From Amoebidium appalachense (lineage: Eukaryota; Protista; Ichthyosporea): a stretch of DNA of 64,000 bases. The notes beneath the pieces were generated by a model. The model was not told the DNA's origin. It did not search any database and worked only from the letters and a program-made list of their open reading frames with translations. The DNA is taken from assembly GCA_963693365.1 (NCBI GenBank), contig CAVNZM010000023.1:9077-73076 (forward strand), written 5' to 3'. The position numbers were made by a program, and so were the translations under genes. Below are positions 1 through 14,742 of this stretch, in pieces; positions within the stretch are counted from its first letter, which is position 1; each line of letters begins with the position of its first letter.

Positions 1-161
1 CTCGATGTGTACACAGATCTAAGATATCGGTGCACACGGAAACAGAAAGGAAAGAAAGAAAGGAAGAAAGGAAAAGGGAAAAGGAAACAAACTACAACAA
101 ACTAATAAACATATATAAAAACTCAACTTCTAAGTCTTGCCGTTAATCATGGGAAGATGAC

Positions 162-192
<31 letters not shown>

Positions 193-973
193 ACACCACC
201 ACCACCACCACCACCACCACCACCACCACAACAACAACAACCACCACCACCAACTCCCACCCCCTAATAACAATCCCACATCCACCGACCCACACACATT
301 ACCCCTAATTCATTATCATTACGAAACATAGGGTTACTTACACTTCACTCACTACCTATATACCACTTTTACCTTACTCATCCCCCCACCCACACACCAC
401 ATTTCACCCATCACCCACCAACCAAGCTGCCCCTTCCCCCCCCCCCCTCCCCCCCCCCCCCCCCCTCCACACCTCCCGAGGAACTACACATGACAGGACT
501 ATGCATACACAACATGTAAATATGTGCACAGGTAGAGGTGTTTTGTGTGTGTGTAAAGGCGACTCACTAGGGTGTTCGTTAGCAATAAAGTTTTCAGGGT
601 AGCTGTGTCTGTCCATGCCATGATGAATGTAGTTGGCCTGGGGAGGCTCGGGCACTGATGTGTGGCTTCCCGAGGACGAATGCCCTCCAGAACTGCTGTA
701 GGGTTGCAAACGTGCACCTGGGGAACAGTGTTAACAATGCTCATTGTTCCTCAAAGTATCTATCTTCATTGTAACCCTTACTCTCCTTACAGGAACTTAG
801 CCAGTTGCTCACGACCAGCGACCAAAAACAGCATGTTGGCGGTGGTGTCAACTTGTGCATGTATGTGTGAGCGAAGGTGCGGGTATGGCTATGTCAAAGA
901 GTGTGGGGGCGTTTTTTGTGTTTTCCCTTTCCCTTTTCTTTCTTTTTTCTTTTCTTTTCTTTCTTTCTTTTTT

Positions 974-1004
<31 letters not shown>

Positions 1005-1580
1005 GGGGGAGAAGTGGGGGGGAGGGGGGGGGGGGGGGGGGGGGGGTCAATGAAGCACCAGTCAAGATGAAGATGAGAATGATGAGAAAAAAACATGTTG
1101 GGAGGCACGGGGGTGGGGAGGCGGAAGGGGAGGGGAGGGGAGGGGAAGGGAGGGGAGGGGAGGCAGGGGGGGGGGTGGGTTCGAATACCTTGACCAGGTC
1201 TTTGTGTTGGAGTATAAGCAGTGTATTGCCGGTCTGGCACCCAGGGGTGTGCTGGAGACATAACCTCTGGTTAGAACCCATGTACATATGAAATACAAAT
1301 TCAAACAGCAACCAATTAGACAGACATTATGTAAAAAGAGATGTGGGCACAAGGGGCACCCCGCCCTCCCGTCTTTCTGCTGTACTTTCGCCCCTCCCTA
1401 TCCTTCTTCTTCCCCCCCCCCCCCCCCCCCCCCCCCCCTGGGGTGTCCCTTCTCCCTTCCCCGTCCCCGGCCTCTTTTCTGCAAGACACATATACTTTAT
1501 ATACACAAAGAGATACTATCAGTACTATGTCCCCGGAACAGATTACCGTACGTTAACAGATGCACATACTATTATGCCTT

Positions 1581-1611
<31 letters not shown>

Positions 1612-2009
1612 CTTACCCCTGCCCCCCCCCCCTCCCCCTTCCCCCCCGCCCCGCCTCCCCACACACACACACTTTTGTGGGTCACAAGAGGCATATATAT
1701 TACAATCTATGGCAGAACAGGCAAACACCAAGACCCCAACTGATTATGCAGATATATAAAAAATGAGATACCGAGAAACCCATGAACAAGCAGTTGCTTT
1801 TTCAATGCTCCAGAGGAGTACGGGAAGAGTGGGGATTGGAAATCACTTGATAAACCGCAGCACGGTTTTTCTGACTTTTGCTTCTTTGACCAACGTGGGG
1901 CACACACATACACCTCACTACATCCTCCTTCTTACGTTAAGCTCTTTCCTTCCCATCCTGCACTGTGATGACTCTCTCTCTCTCCGTAAACCCATACACG
2001 GCAAAAGTT

Positions 2010-3697
2010 ACAGCTTCTCTTCTAGCCTCCTTGGCCTCCTATCACAAACAAGCAGCATAACACTACAACAACACAAACGCACGCACCCACTGTTCATGTC
2101 TTCCCCCCCCCCCCCCCCCCACCGCCCCACAAACACACAGCACAACAATTCAAAACAAAGAACCCACCGTTCCCCCTCCCCCCCCCCCCCCCCCCCCCCG
2201 GGCCCTTACTAGCCTAGGCCTTGTACCCCAGCTATCCCGCACACAGCTATCCCCCAAAGCGCGCCGACACACTCGCACACAAAAACACGTACGCACCACA
2301 CTTCATACTTAACAACAGCCACACCAGACCAAACCCCCCCCCCCCCCCTCCCCTCCCTCCCATCCTACACCCCCCTCCAACCACGAAGGAAAAAGAAGCC
2401 CCACCGTTACACATCCCCATATTTAGAAAACCCCGCCTCCTCTCTTCCTAACCTCTTTCAATCCTACGGCACCACCTCCCCCCCCCCTCCCCCCTCCTCC
2501 TTCAACCCCACACAGCCCATGTCTCCCCTCCTCCTACTCATGTCCCACATCCCTCACTATTACCCCGTGCCCTACACCCATTTCAACCTCCTTCCCCCCC
2601 ACAAAACCAGTCCAGTACCTGTTAGGTCATAATGGGGCTGCCCTTGTGCCTCGACAGCACAAGAAGTTGGCCAGGCAGCGGAAGGCCACGCATTGGTAGG
2701 CCGGCCACCTACAGTCACGGGAGAGAGGTAAGCGAGGGACGAAAGGAAATGGGAAACGAACATAGTCGGAAAGTAAAGTTCCAAACGCACCGGAAACAGT
2801 CACCATTCCACAGGCGGTTGGTGCGTGTGCGGTCGAAGCCACGCCAAGCAGAACAAGGAAGAGCCTTGGATTTGTATTGTCTGTGTGCATTCAACCGTTG
2901 ACGGTTACAAAAAAAGGCGCGGAGGGAACCGAAGGAAAAGGCGAGGAAAAGGCGTGGAGTGTGAGGCTGAAAAGGCGCGGAGGGAAGCGAAGTTTTTCAC
3001 GGCAAAAAAGACTTTGGCGCCAACAACAGGGAACACATCAGGCACTCGCAAAGACAACAGGAACGCAAAAAGGCGAGAATACGCGTTCATGATTGGCACG
3101 TGATCGTCAAGGGAAAAGAAGAGATGGGCAAAAGAGGAATTCAAGGGTTTCATTGGAGGGTGTGTCACAGCCAATCAACAAGAAAAAGCATACATGTGGG
3201 ACCCCCCAAACCCCCGTCTCTCTAGATTATACTGGATAGAGATCTATGGATAGGAGAGGTATGGTCAACCCCCCCCCCCCCCCCCCCCCCAACAATAAGT
3301 ATTGGCTTGGTTTGAGAAGAGGCTCTACGTAGGTTCCACACTTTGTGTGTGTGCATTAGGTGTTCCTGGGCATGGTGACTTTAAATTTGTACTGTGTACC
3401 ACACTATAGTACAACACGCACATGTTGCCCTCAGGCTGAGCTACTGAACTCAATGTCATTCATCTCTCTTCCCCCCTCCCCCCCCCCCCCCCCCGGGGGC
3501 CTGTAACACACACACACACATACGCACACGTGCACATCACATAGACATACACACACATACACACACACACACTCACACTCACACTCACACTCACACGCAC
3601 GGAGTCTCAGAGAATTACGCCCCTCCTCTTCTTCTACATCGAAACACCATGGGCCCTGTTCTTTCTCAATTTTGTGGACTATGCTTTTCCATTCCAC

Positions 3698-3745
<48 letters not shown>

Positions 3746-4779
3746 AAAACCAAAACAAAAAAAAAAAACAGCATCACCACTGACGTCGACATGTTTTCTT
3801 TTGCATACTATTATGATATTATTGTGTCTGCGGTAAAGTCGCCCCTTTGTACATCAGCGGCCAAATAAAAACCATGCCCGCGAAACTTTGTTTGTGTCGA
3901 TGCATAATGACCCGAACAGTTTTTGCCCCCCCCCCCCCCCCCTTCCGCTTCCTCCCCATGGCAATGAACCCGTAGTGTATACGTACTTCGTAATATGTAA
4001 AAGGTCTGACAGTGTGGCTTTAGCGGCCGTGGCCGTGTAGTAGGTACCAATAATAAGGGGTAGTCCCTCGTCTGTATTATGATGTACATATATCATGCAT
4101 ATGGGGCACATGATGTGTTTCTGGATTGGCCGGAGGGAGCGGCCAATAAATTTTAAAGTGCAATGATCCCACGTTCTAACCCCTCCCCCCTCCCCCCCCC
4201 CCCTTTTCCCCATCCTCCCCCCCCCTCCCCCCCCCCCCCCCCCCCCCCCCGCCCTTGGACCTTCCCCCCCTCCCCATGGCGATGAACCCGTAGTGTATAC
4301 GTACTTCGTAATATGTAACACCTTCCTAACCCCCCCCCCCTCCCCCCCCCCCCCCCCCCGGCCCCGGGGCCTACTCACATCCCCCTTTCCCCGGGGGCCA
4401 CCTCCCGCCTTTGAATCCGGCCCCAAACCAATCACCCTGGGCCACAAGCAGGTGTCATGCAAGTGTACCAATACAAAAACACAAACATCATGCGGTTTGA
4501 GCCATACACAAACTGTGTTTTTTTTTTCAGCGTTAGAGAACGTGAATACAACCATGTACGTGCACGTGTCCCCGTGGGTTCGCACACAGACCCACGTTCA
4601 GACTCGGTCGGTACCATGGCACGCGCGCGCACACACACACTGCGCGCACACCCACCCACCCACCCACCCACACACACACACACACATGCACACGACGCAC
4701 ACACAAACACACACACAAGCATGTGCGCGCGCATACACACCACTCTATGCATAATAGAAACACAACTTTTTTTTTTTTT

Positions 4780-4810
<31 letters not shown>

Positions 4811-4867
4811 GGGGGGAGGGGGGGCATACACGCCACATACTATAGATAATAAGTAAAAGCCCACCTT

Positions 4868-4898
<31 letters not shown>

Positions 4899-5342
4899 GG
4901 GGGTATACACGCCACATACTATAGATTATAAGTAAAAGCCCACCTTTTTTTTTTTGTGGGGGGGGGGGGGGGGGGGGGGGGGGAGGGGAAGGGGGGTTGA
5001 CCATACCTCTCCTATCCATAGATCTCTATCCAGTATAATCCAGAGAGACGGGGGTTTGGGGGGTCCCACATGTATGCTTTTTTCTTGTTCATTGGCTGTG
5101 ACACACCCTCCAATGAAACCCTTGAATTCCTCTTTTGCCCACCTCTTCAAAGTTTTCCCTTGATGATCACGTGCCAATTATGAGCACTTAAGCTTCTTGT
5201 GCTGTGAGTTTGTGGGGCGGTGGGGGGGGGGGGGGGGGGGGGGGGGGGGAAGACATGAACAGTGGGTGCGTGCGTTTGTGTTGTTGTAGTGTTGTGCTGC
5301 TTGTTTGTGATAGGAGGCCAGGGAGGCTAGAAGAGAAGCTGT
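2010..5342. repeat. Second inverted repeat pair (~95 bp) enclosing the first: 2010-2105 and 5248-5342
   Basis: cagcttctcttctagcctcc...tgttcatgtcttc at 2010-2105 reappears reverse-complemented at 5248-5342. Confidence 0.75.
3085..5185. mobile_element. Putative non-autonomous foldback/MITE-like element bounded by ~190 bp inverted repeats
   Basis: 3085-3275 (gattggcacgtgatc...atggtcaacc) is the near-exact reverse complement of 4991-5185. The interior is low-complexity with short direct repeats. No TSD was identified. Confidence 0.55.
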
Positions 5343-5511
5343 TGCTAGTGGCACTCCGTGCGTGCGTGCGACCGTCCGTGCGTATGTGTGTGCGTGTACA
5401 TGTGTGCGTGTGTGCGTGTGCCTCCATGTTCAACGTGTATCACATTCATGATGACTGACAATGTGTGTACGTGTGTGTACATGTGTGTGTGGTTTCGTGT
5501 CACGGTGCACG

Positions 5512-5544
<33 letters not shown>

Positions 5545-5623
5545 TTCCGGCCCCCCGGAGCCCCCTCTTCCCCGGCCCGGGGGCCCCTGTCCTGTGGGTC
5601 CTTGTCTTGGGCTGCGGGAGTTT

Positions 5624-5655
<32 letters not shown>

Positions 5656-5937
5656 GGGGGGGGGGCTGTTCGAAAATGTGTGCAATATACTATGTGTCTG
5701 TGACTGAGTACATTTGGATTTTGTGTTCGTTTGTCACTCGGTGTGTTTGTATGTGTGGCCATGGTGTGTCACCATGCACATGTGTGCGTGGGCACCTGTA
5801 TACCACAATGTGTGTGTGTGTGTGTGACCAGAAAAAGAAAGAAAAGAAAAAGAAAGAAAGAAAGAAAAAGGAAAGAAAAAAGGAAAAAAGAAAAACTCAC
5901 GTAGCCAAGAAATTTTTAAGCAACCCTGCCAGGGCAA

Positions 5938-5970
<33 letters not shown>

Positions 5971-6385
5971 AAGATCTAGATAATCATGAACCCTACCTAC
6001 GGCCGAGTCTCAGAAACCTAAGATTTTAGACCCTAAGCCGTATTAAAGTTTACCTGTTATCTTCAAGTGACTGGTGAGTCAGACCCCTGTATGTGAATCC
6101 TACGGCCGACACCCTAAGTAAGATTGCAGACCCCCTTACGCAAGGTACCCTCGATCTACCAGTTATCTGAAAAGCGAGTCACCCCTCTATGTACTGAGTA
6201 TTGCAAGAAAAGTCTCAGAAAGCGCAACTTGAACTACTATCAACCCTTAATAATCAAAGTTTAACCGTAGCCGCGCCGCGGTCACCCAGGTTCCGTATCC
6301 AAGTGGCTTTGCATCATCAAGTCAGAGTCTCAGCAAAGAAAGGAATCTATTCACACCATGTCCAACAATTAGAGCGGCTCAGAGC

Positions 6386-6416
<31 letters not shown>

Positions 6417-6524
6417 CACACACACACCCTCATTCCCTTGCGTCGGACATGTGCACGGTGTTGTGTTGTGGCACAATCATGGTGTGTGTACATGTTTGTG
6501 TACAGGTTTGTGTACATGTTTGTG

Positions 6525-6555
<31 letters not shown>

Positions 6556-6958
6556 CACGTGTACTTGTACGTGTAGGTGGCCGGTAGGCTCCAGGCCGTT
6601 GTCCGTGACTTCAGGCTTGACACGCAAGGCATACGGTTTATCTTTGCACCTGTACATGCACTTACTTGACTTTGCACTGTTACACCGCTTAAAATGGCCG
6701 GGAGATAGTATTTCAAGGAAAGGGATTCCAGGAAAGAAAAGAAAACGAGTATAGACAGCCATTCACCTATATCACTCTTAGACCCTTTACACTGATGAGG
6801 GACTGGTGGGGCCGACTCCCGGCATTCTATGAGTGACCTTGTCCTTTTACTTTTATGATGCCGTTACATATAAATACAAACACAAACACAAATCTCCAAA
6901 GTCCGACACACATCATAAACACCCGAGGAGGGAGAAGACTGTGCTATATTGTGTCTGT

Positions 6959-6998
<40 letters not shown>

Positions 6999-7059
6999 CT
7001 GTGTGTGTGTGTGTGTGTGTGTGCATGTGTTTCAACTAGTGGGGCGTCATGGTAGTGAA

Positions 7060-8791
7060 TTATGTGCGGTAATCAGCGTTGATTTTGACGTAATCATACG
7101 ACAGGTCATGTGTCCAGTATGTGAGCGGCTCCGTCGATGCGTTCTCACCGAGGTTTAGGCGGAAGTCAATGTCCGTGTGCTCGAGAATCTTGGCCGCACT
7201 GTGGAATAAACGGGAATATGAGTGGAATAAACGGGAATATGAGTGCAAGACATGGGCACTTGAATGATAAGCACGGGCACGTGGATGGAATAGACCGGAG
7301 TGCGAGTTGAATGCACGGGAACACCAGTGGAATATTCGGATTCATTAGTGAAATACACGGCAATGTGATTAGGATACACAGGAATACCAGTGGAATATGG
7401 CATTGTGAGTACTTAAGTGGAATAGACGGGCATGTGACCGGAATACACGAAAAGGTGACGGAATAAGTGGAATAATTAAGTCGCACATGGCTTCCTTCAA
7501 AGGTTTGAACGAAAGAGTCACTCACACATTTCGGAATACTCGTTTGTTTCTGCATATTGTTCTACTTCCTTTGCAACGGCGTGAAATGCAAGATCATAGT
7601 AACCGCTCTAGAGCAAAGAGAAACACAGTTTGGGAAAACCGCTCTAGAGCAAAGACAAACAGCCCCCCGAACTGTGGGTATAGCCGTTAGGGACAAAAAC
7701 AGACTGAGCTCTGAGCAGCAACTTCCGGCTAACCCCCCAATTTTCCAGCACGAATTTGGAATCAGTATGGTCAGTGGCCAGGCCAGGTTACACAACACGA
7801 AGCACACATCCACCACGGACAAGACGAGATATTCTTGCCCCCCCCCCCCCCCCCCCCCCCCCACACACACACACAAAAAAAAAAAGAAAAAAAAGAGAGA
7901 GAAAAAGAAGAAGAAGAGGAGGAAGGAGGTCTTTTTTGGGGGGGAGAGGGAGGGCATACCGAGGCTCATCAATCTCATATGGGGCACCGTCCTTGAACAA
8001 GTGGAGAGAGTCAATCACCTTACCGTCCTTGGCTGGGGAGAAAAACAGGGTGAGAACAGGCACGCTACACACACCGTGACACACACACACATACACACAA
8101 ACGCCCACGTGCATGCACACACACACACAAGTTGTCAAACGCACACACACACACACAAACATGCACACACACATACAGTTAACCCCGAGCCGATTGCCCG
8201 GAAGTCAAAATCTCTCAAACTTGAAAAATAGAAAAAAAATCATTTAACACAGTCTAAGTGGACAAAAATGCAACAAGCACATGTATATATGTCTATTCTT
8301 GTGTCCCATAAAAAGAAACGGCGTGTTCCTATGCATCCGCACGTGTTATGAACACGCGATTTGTGTTGAATTTGTCGACCACGGCGGGATTTCTTCCAAG
8401 AGAGTTACGTAATATGAATCCCCGTAAAGATCTCAGCAAATCGGATTGAAGCAATTATCAGGCGATTGATTCCAGGGTTGGAAACTGTGATTCCCGGGCA
8501 TCCCCTTGCCGCCAGCCTTCGAAAATTGGGGGGCCGCTCAATGAAAATATAGACACAGTTAGACTGAACACCCACGAGAAACAGAAGAACTTAGTCAACC
8601 CGGTGTTTTTGGTGTCTTCCGAAAGCAGAAAACATATACTCAATTAGGCAAACTCCTGGCGCCAATACTATTGCGCAACAGGCGCTATTGAATTCAAAGA
8701 GTCACTGATGCATATATTTTTGAAACTCATGCAAAAGTGCATCGGCGATCGGCTCGGAGTTCACACACACACACAAGGAACTTAACACACA

Positions 8792-8833
<42 letters not shown>

Positions 8834-8842
8834 TACACCCAT

Positions 8843-8879
<37 letters not shown>

Positions 8880-9213
8880 CCGTGAGAACTGGCGCGCAGA
8901 CGTTTACATACATGGGAGAGGGGGGGGAGGGGGAGGGGGTGTGTTAGAACGCGCTACAGTGTACGAAGTACACACACGGTCACGACGGACACCACAATGC
9001 ATGGGCTGAGGGGGAGAGGTAGAGCCGGGGCAGGGCGCCCCAGGGGGAGGGAAGGGGCTGGAGGGGGGGGGGGGGGGGGAGGGGGGGGGGGGGGGGGGGG
9101 GCTGGCTGGGAAGGAACTCACCCGTGCTCATGTGCAGCTGAACTTTGCTGGGGTCAAACTCGGCACCACTGTAGCCCAGAGCACACACAATACGCCCCCA
9201 GTTGGCATCCCGG

Positions 9214-9261
<48 letters not shown>

Positions 9262-10209
9262 CGCACACGCGTGTGGGTGGTTTGTTTGTGTGTGGTATGG
9301 GTACGTGTGTGATGGATGGGTAGGGACTGGTGGTGGTGGTTGGGGGAGGTGGGAGGGGGCGGAGAGAGGGGGGGAATGCCCGAGGGGTGGATGGAGGGTA
9401 GAATGCTGCACACAGTGGCAAGCATTAAACAACTAAATGATAACCGTAAGGCGAACATATATATATATAAAAGGGGCAGACACACGTAGTGTGAAAAGCC
9501 AGTAGAGTCCAGAAGGGGGAGGGGGGGGGGGGGGGGGGTTGAATGCAGAACACGGTACGAAGTATGCATACACGAAGAGAAGCATGGTGCAGGACACATG
9601 CCAAGGCAAACATCCAAGTATGCAACATCAGCAATGTGCACAGTATGAATCATAAACAAAGCCCATCCTCAGGGAGGGCCCAAGTCATCAATTGCGTCTC
9701 AGTTTCGACCCTTTAGCCCCGCATATACACGACTCTCCAACTCAGACAGCAGCATCAACTGAACTTGGGAGGGTCAACCCGTCTTGATCAAAAGAGGAGC
9801 AGGGTTGCTTATGCAAGCAAGGGGAGCAAAAGGGTGAAGACGTGTGTGCAAACTAATGCAGCGAGAGAGCGAGAGAGCGAGAGAGCGAGAGAGAGAGAAG
9901 AGGGAAGAGAAGAATAAGGAGAAAGAGGGGATAAAGGCTGAAAAAAAAACAAGGGGGGAACCCCCCCCCCCCCCCCCTCCCCCCCCAGAAAGATAGGGGG
10001 AAGAAACACACACCGAAAATGGCGGTTTTAACGAGGCACGAAGTAGCAATGGCGGTGGCAGCCAGACGGGCCTGTTGGGAATTCTTAGCAGCCTCAATGG
10101 TGATAGTCACAAACTTGGTGGCACCCTCCCCGTCACGGATCTGCAGTTGTGCCTGCGTGTGTGTGTATGTGTGTGTATAGACGTGTGTGTGTGTGTGTAC
10201 GTGTACGTG

Positions 10210-10297
<88 letters not shown>

Positions 10298-10574
10298 AGA
10301 CGGGGGTACGGTGGGGCGAAAGGGGTTGGTTTGGTTAGTATCGTGTCCACAAATGAAAAACCATGCACACAGACAGGCGCGAAGATACACCACGCACACA
10401 CACACACAGGAACGATCGGATGTGCACCTACCACAGGCGCGTGCACACACACCCACACACTCACCCACCACACACATACACACAATCACCCACACTCCGA
10501 CCACACCCCCACCCACTCACACCAACCCAACTCCCCCCCCCCCCCCCCCCCCCCCCAAAGACACACACACACAG

Positions 10575-10610
<36 letters not shown>

Positions 10611-11074
10611 TCAAAGACACACACACAACAGCCCCTACTCCCAACCCCACCCCCATCTACCCAACCCCATCCTCCCCTCCCCCCCACACACGCACACACA
10701 GACCCCCCCCAGCCCCACCCACAACCCCCCAACACATTCACTTTTACACACGCACAACACACACACACACACACACACGGAGAGAGAGAGACACACCAGT
10801 TTCTGTGCCGTGGTGGTGATCTCCTTCATGAGCGCCTGGAAGGCGGGGTCGTTGGGGTCGCTGATCTGCCGGCTGCCTGACGCACCATTGGCCAGAATCT
10901 ACCAATCAAACGCAAGTGTCAAAATCTAACAATCAAAAACCACTGTTATACTCATTACAGCGGGACATGCAACTCGTACACATTTCCCACATGCAATCCT
11001 GCATCATGGACGTAATGATCGCAGGCTTTAGAAACACACGCCTCCCAGGGTCTTCCACTATCATAATACACACA

Positions 11075-11114
<40 letters not shown>

Positions 11115-11448
11115 ACACACGCGCACGTCAAAGTATAAGTATGAGTACTTAGCCTAGCCTCTATTCATACCACCACGCTACCAGCCTTGCATTTTAAGAT
11201 ACATAACATCGGAAAAGAGACCGAAGGAAGAAGGAGGGAGGGCATAAGATTGTGCTACGGGGAACGAAGTACGCATTCACGATGGGACAACACATTGCAG
11301 ATTTTGCAAAGTAAAACACACAAGGTAAACATAAAAAGCAGAGCCACTTCCTAGGGCCGGGGCAAAGTCATCCAAACAATTGAGTTTGCTGCTAGGGGTG
11401 GGTGGGTGGATGGGTGGATGGTGGTGGTGGTGATAGCAGGAGGGGAGA

Positions 11449-11499
<51 letters not shown>

Positions 11500-11657
11500 G
11501 GGGGGGGGGGGGGGGGGGGGGGGGTGACGGCGTAAACGTACCACGAACGAGTCGTTCGTGCTGGTGTCACCATCCACAGAAATGCAGTTGAAGGACCGGT
11601 CGGCAGAATAGCGCACAGCCTGTGTGTATGTGTGTGGGTGGGTGTGGGTGGGTGGGT

Positions 11658-11718
<61 letters not shown>

Positions 11719-11769
11719 GTTGTGTTGTGTTGTGTTGTGTTGTGTTGTGTTGTGTTGTATTGTGTTGGG

Positions 11770-11804
<35 letters not shown>

Positions 11805-11947
11805 TGTGTCCGTGTGCGCGTGAGTGAGAGAACGAGTGTCTTTGTATCTTTTTGCGCACACATGTGCGAGTGTGTATGTTCAAGTGTCAGAGCCCTTCGT
11901 ATAGGTACACGCTCACACTCATGTGTTTGTGCCTTTTAACGTGCTCG

Positions 11948-11985
<38 letters not shown>

Positions 11986-12016
11986 TGAACGAGAGAGAGA
12001 GAGAGACAGGGAAAGA

Positions 12017-12094
<78 letters not shown>

Positions 12095-12833
12095 ATATAT
12101 ATATATATATATATGGAGAGAAAAGAGAGTGTATTTGTTGTCAAGTGCCACCAGGGTTGTGTGTGTGTGTGTGTGTGCGCGCGCCCCACACGTGTGTGCA
12201 CGTTTTCATTACAGTGTGTGTGTATGTGTGTGTGGAGCGCCGGGAGGAAGGGGGGGGGGGGGGGGGGGGGGGGGGGGGAGTATTTTTGTTACCTGGTTCA
12301 AAAGGTTGGGGTGGATGTTGGCATCGGTGGCCATCACACACAGCATCGTGGCCTGCAACCAGAAAGGGTTAAAGGGGAATTGTTTGACCGAGATCTTTCT
12401 TTTTCTTTTTCTTCTTTTTTCTTTTTTTCTTGGTCATTCTGAGGCAAGTTTTTCTTGTGGAGAGGTTGACAGGCAGTACAAGGCTGGTCGTGTTAGTGAA
12501 GGAAGGTGTCCATGTGTGTGTGTGCCGGGAGAAAGACGTTGGCTCGGGTGGGGTGGGGTGGGGGGATGGGAGGAGAGGGGTAAGGGGGGGGATTTGTAGG
12601 AATCAAGAGCTCTATGAAAGAAAAAGAGGAAGGAGGGCCACGAGGAGCTATCCGTATGTACAGAGACGGGGAGCATGCAGCAAGCATGTGTGTTGCGCTT
12701 ATGTGGGTGTGGTTGCTCGGGGGGTGGGGAAGGGGTGGGGTACGGCCCGGGGGGAGGGGGGGGAATCATATGCAAGAGCAAGAATAACGGAGAGCGCGCG
12801 CAAACGCGCAAGCGCGCGCACACACACACACAC

Positions 12834-12882
<49 letters not shown>

Positions 12883-14689
12883 GACACCATTTATCTGAAG
12901 CACACACAAAATGACACCCAGCCAATCAAAGATGAGCCATATTTGAGTACAGTGTTTTCCACCGTCCCACAACATGCACACCTAGCCAGCCTAAACCATA
13001 ATTAAGGTTGGGCACAGTTCACAATATGTCATGCATTAAAGGAACTATAGACCTCTCCGTGAGCCACCGACTGGATTAAAACTTCGCCAAACTTTTTCAA
13101 TATACCATATGGATCCGGCCTTATCCATCGATTATGGCGGTGTTAATACACACTAAGCCTAGACATCCTTAGCGCAGAATACGCAGCATGAAAAAAGGCG
13201 TTTTTTGACACCATTCGTTGCCTAGCACGACGCGACACCGGAAACTTCTTATAAGTAGAACTCTATTCAACCAGCTCAACTTAGCCGCCACAAATAAGAA
13301 AATTTTGGTTCACCAATCTGATCGAGCGAAGGTCAAATGCTGCAGGCTGCAACGCCGCCGCCAAAGGGGAGAAAAACATGGTTGTACTAAGTAAACCTTT
13401 GCAACTTAGCGTCTCGCTTAGGAATAAATGGTACCAATTGACGCGTATTATTCTCCTGGGTTGTTTGTGAGTTTTTGGTTAGGTTCTGTCAACTTTAAAG
13501 CCTAGAAAATCGAAGAAAACCACCAGCAACATGGTAAATTTTGGTCGTCGCTGACGAAGATATAATCCCGTGTGATTTCAGCCGGCCGACCGTGGAGAGG
13601 TCTATTGATGCAAACTATAAGAAGTAAAGTTATGAGCCAGAAAAAGCACCTGCCATAAAAAGCAGGACCTACCATATTTGGGTGGATCATGCCCACGCCC
13701 TTAGTGATACCGGTGAGGGTGATCTCCTCCTTCACCCCGGGCAGCTCCACAGACCGCGTCAGCAGCTTGTGCTGCATACCATTCCCAAATTAGGTTATCA
13801 ACCGACCCAAGTGGTTTGTGAATATGCTCCTAAGTCGTGCTACCAACTAACCATTGTGGTTGGTGAAAAAACTAGTCACAATCTTGCTATTCCTCTCCTC
13901 CGCATAGCACACATCTTGTATCCGACACGACCCCCTCCCCCCTTCCCCGCCCAAAAAAAAAACCCCACCTTCTTTCGTTCCACATACCCATGGCCGTTAC
14001 CAGCCCCCCCCCCCCCCCCCCCCCCCCCCTCTCCCCCCCCACCACAATAGCAGGCCCCCCGTCCCCTCAACTACACCCATCGTTCCTTTTCTCCCCCCCC
14101 CCCCACACCACCACCACCACACAAGCATAGACGTATATAAGCTTACAGACCATACTACTTTCGTTCCCTCCCCTCCCCCGCCCCACACCCCCCACACACA
14201 CACAAACACAGAAAAAGTATATAACTATCCTCTCCTTCTCTTTTCTTCCACCTTTCCGCCACCTTCCTTGCCCCCCCCCCCCCCCCCCCCCCTACACACA
14301 CACTCCCTCCCCGTCCTCCTTCCTGGCACACACCCCTTCCCCCTCCCTTCCCCCCTCCCCACCCACACACACACACATTTCCACTCCCCTTACCCCCCAA
14401 CAGACACACACCCTCCCTCTAACCCCCCTTCCCCCCCCCCCCAATCCCCCCCCCCCCCCCCACACACACACACGTACCACCGTGTCTGTGGTCATGATGC
14501 CCTTTGCTGCGTGGGTCCACCCCTCATAGCTCTCAGAAAGGCTGCCGGCAGCAGTCTTGATCCCTGCACAAAGCATCAACACCAACAAAAAAAGTCAGCA
14601 ATAACCAATATATATTCCAGTCGGAATGTGAATAACCTGTCGGTGTTTCTTGATGGCACACCATGTATGGTGATATTGAAAAAGACGAC

Positions 14690-14742
<53 letters not shown>

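Noticed and set aside
560-2890. Possible second spliced host gene on the minus strand (candidate exons such as 2890-2791, 2708-2619, ~1270-1190, ~750-568)
   Set aside because: Plausible GT/AG sites exist, but I could not build a recognisable, frame-consistent protein.
13040-13494. Possible Kolobok-like MITE (TTAA-AG...CT-TTAA) in argJ intron 5
   Set aside because: The terminal inverted match is too weak to support.
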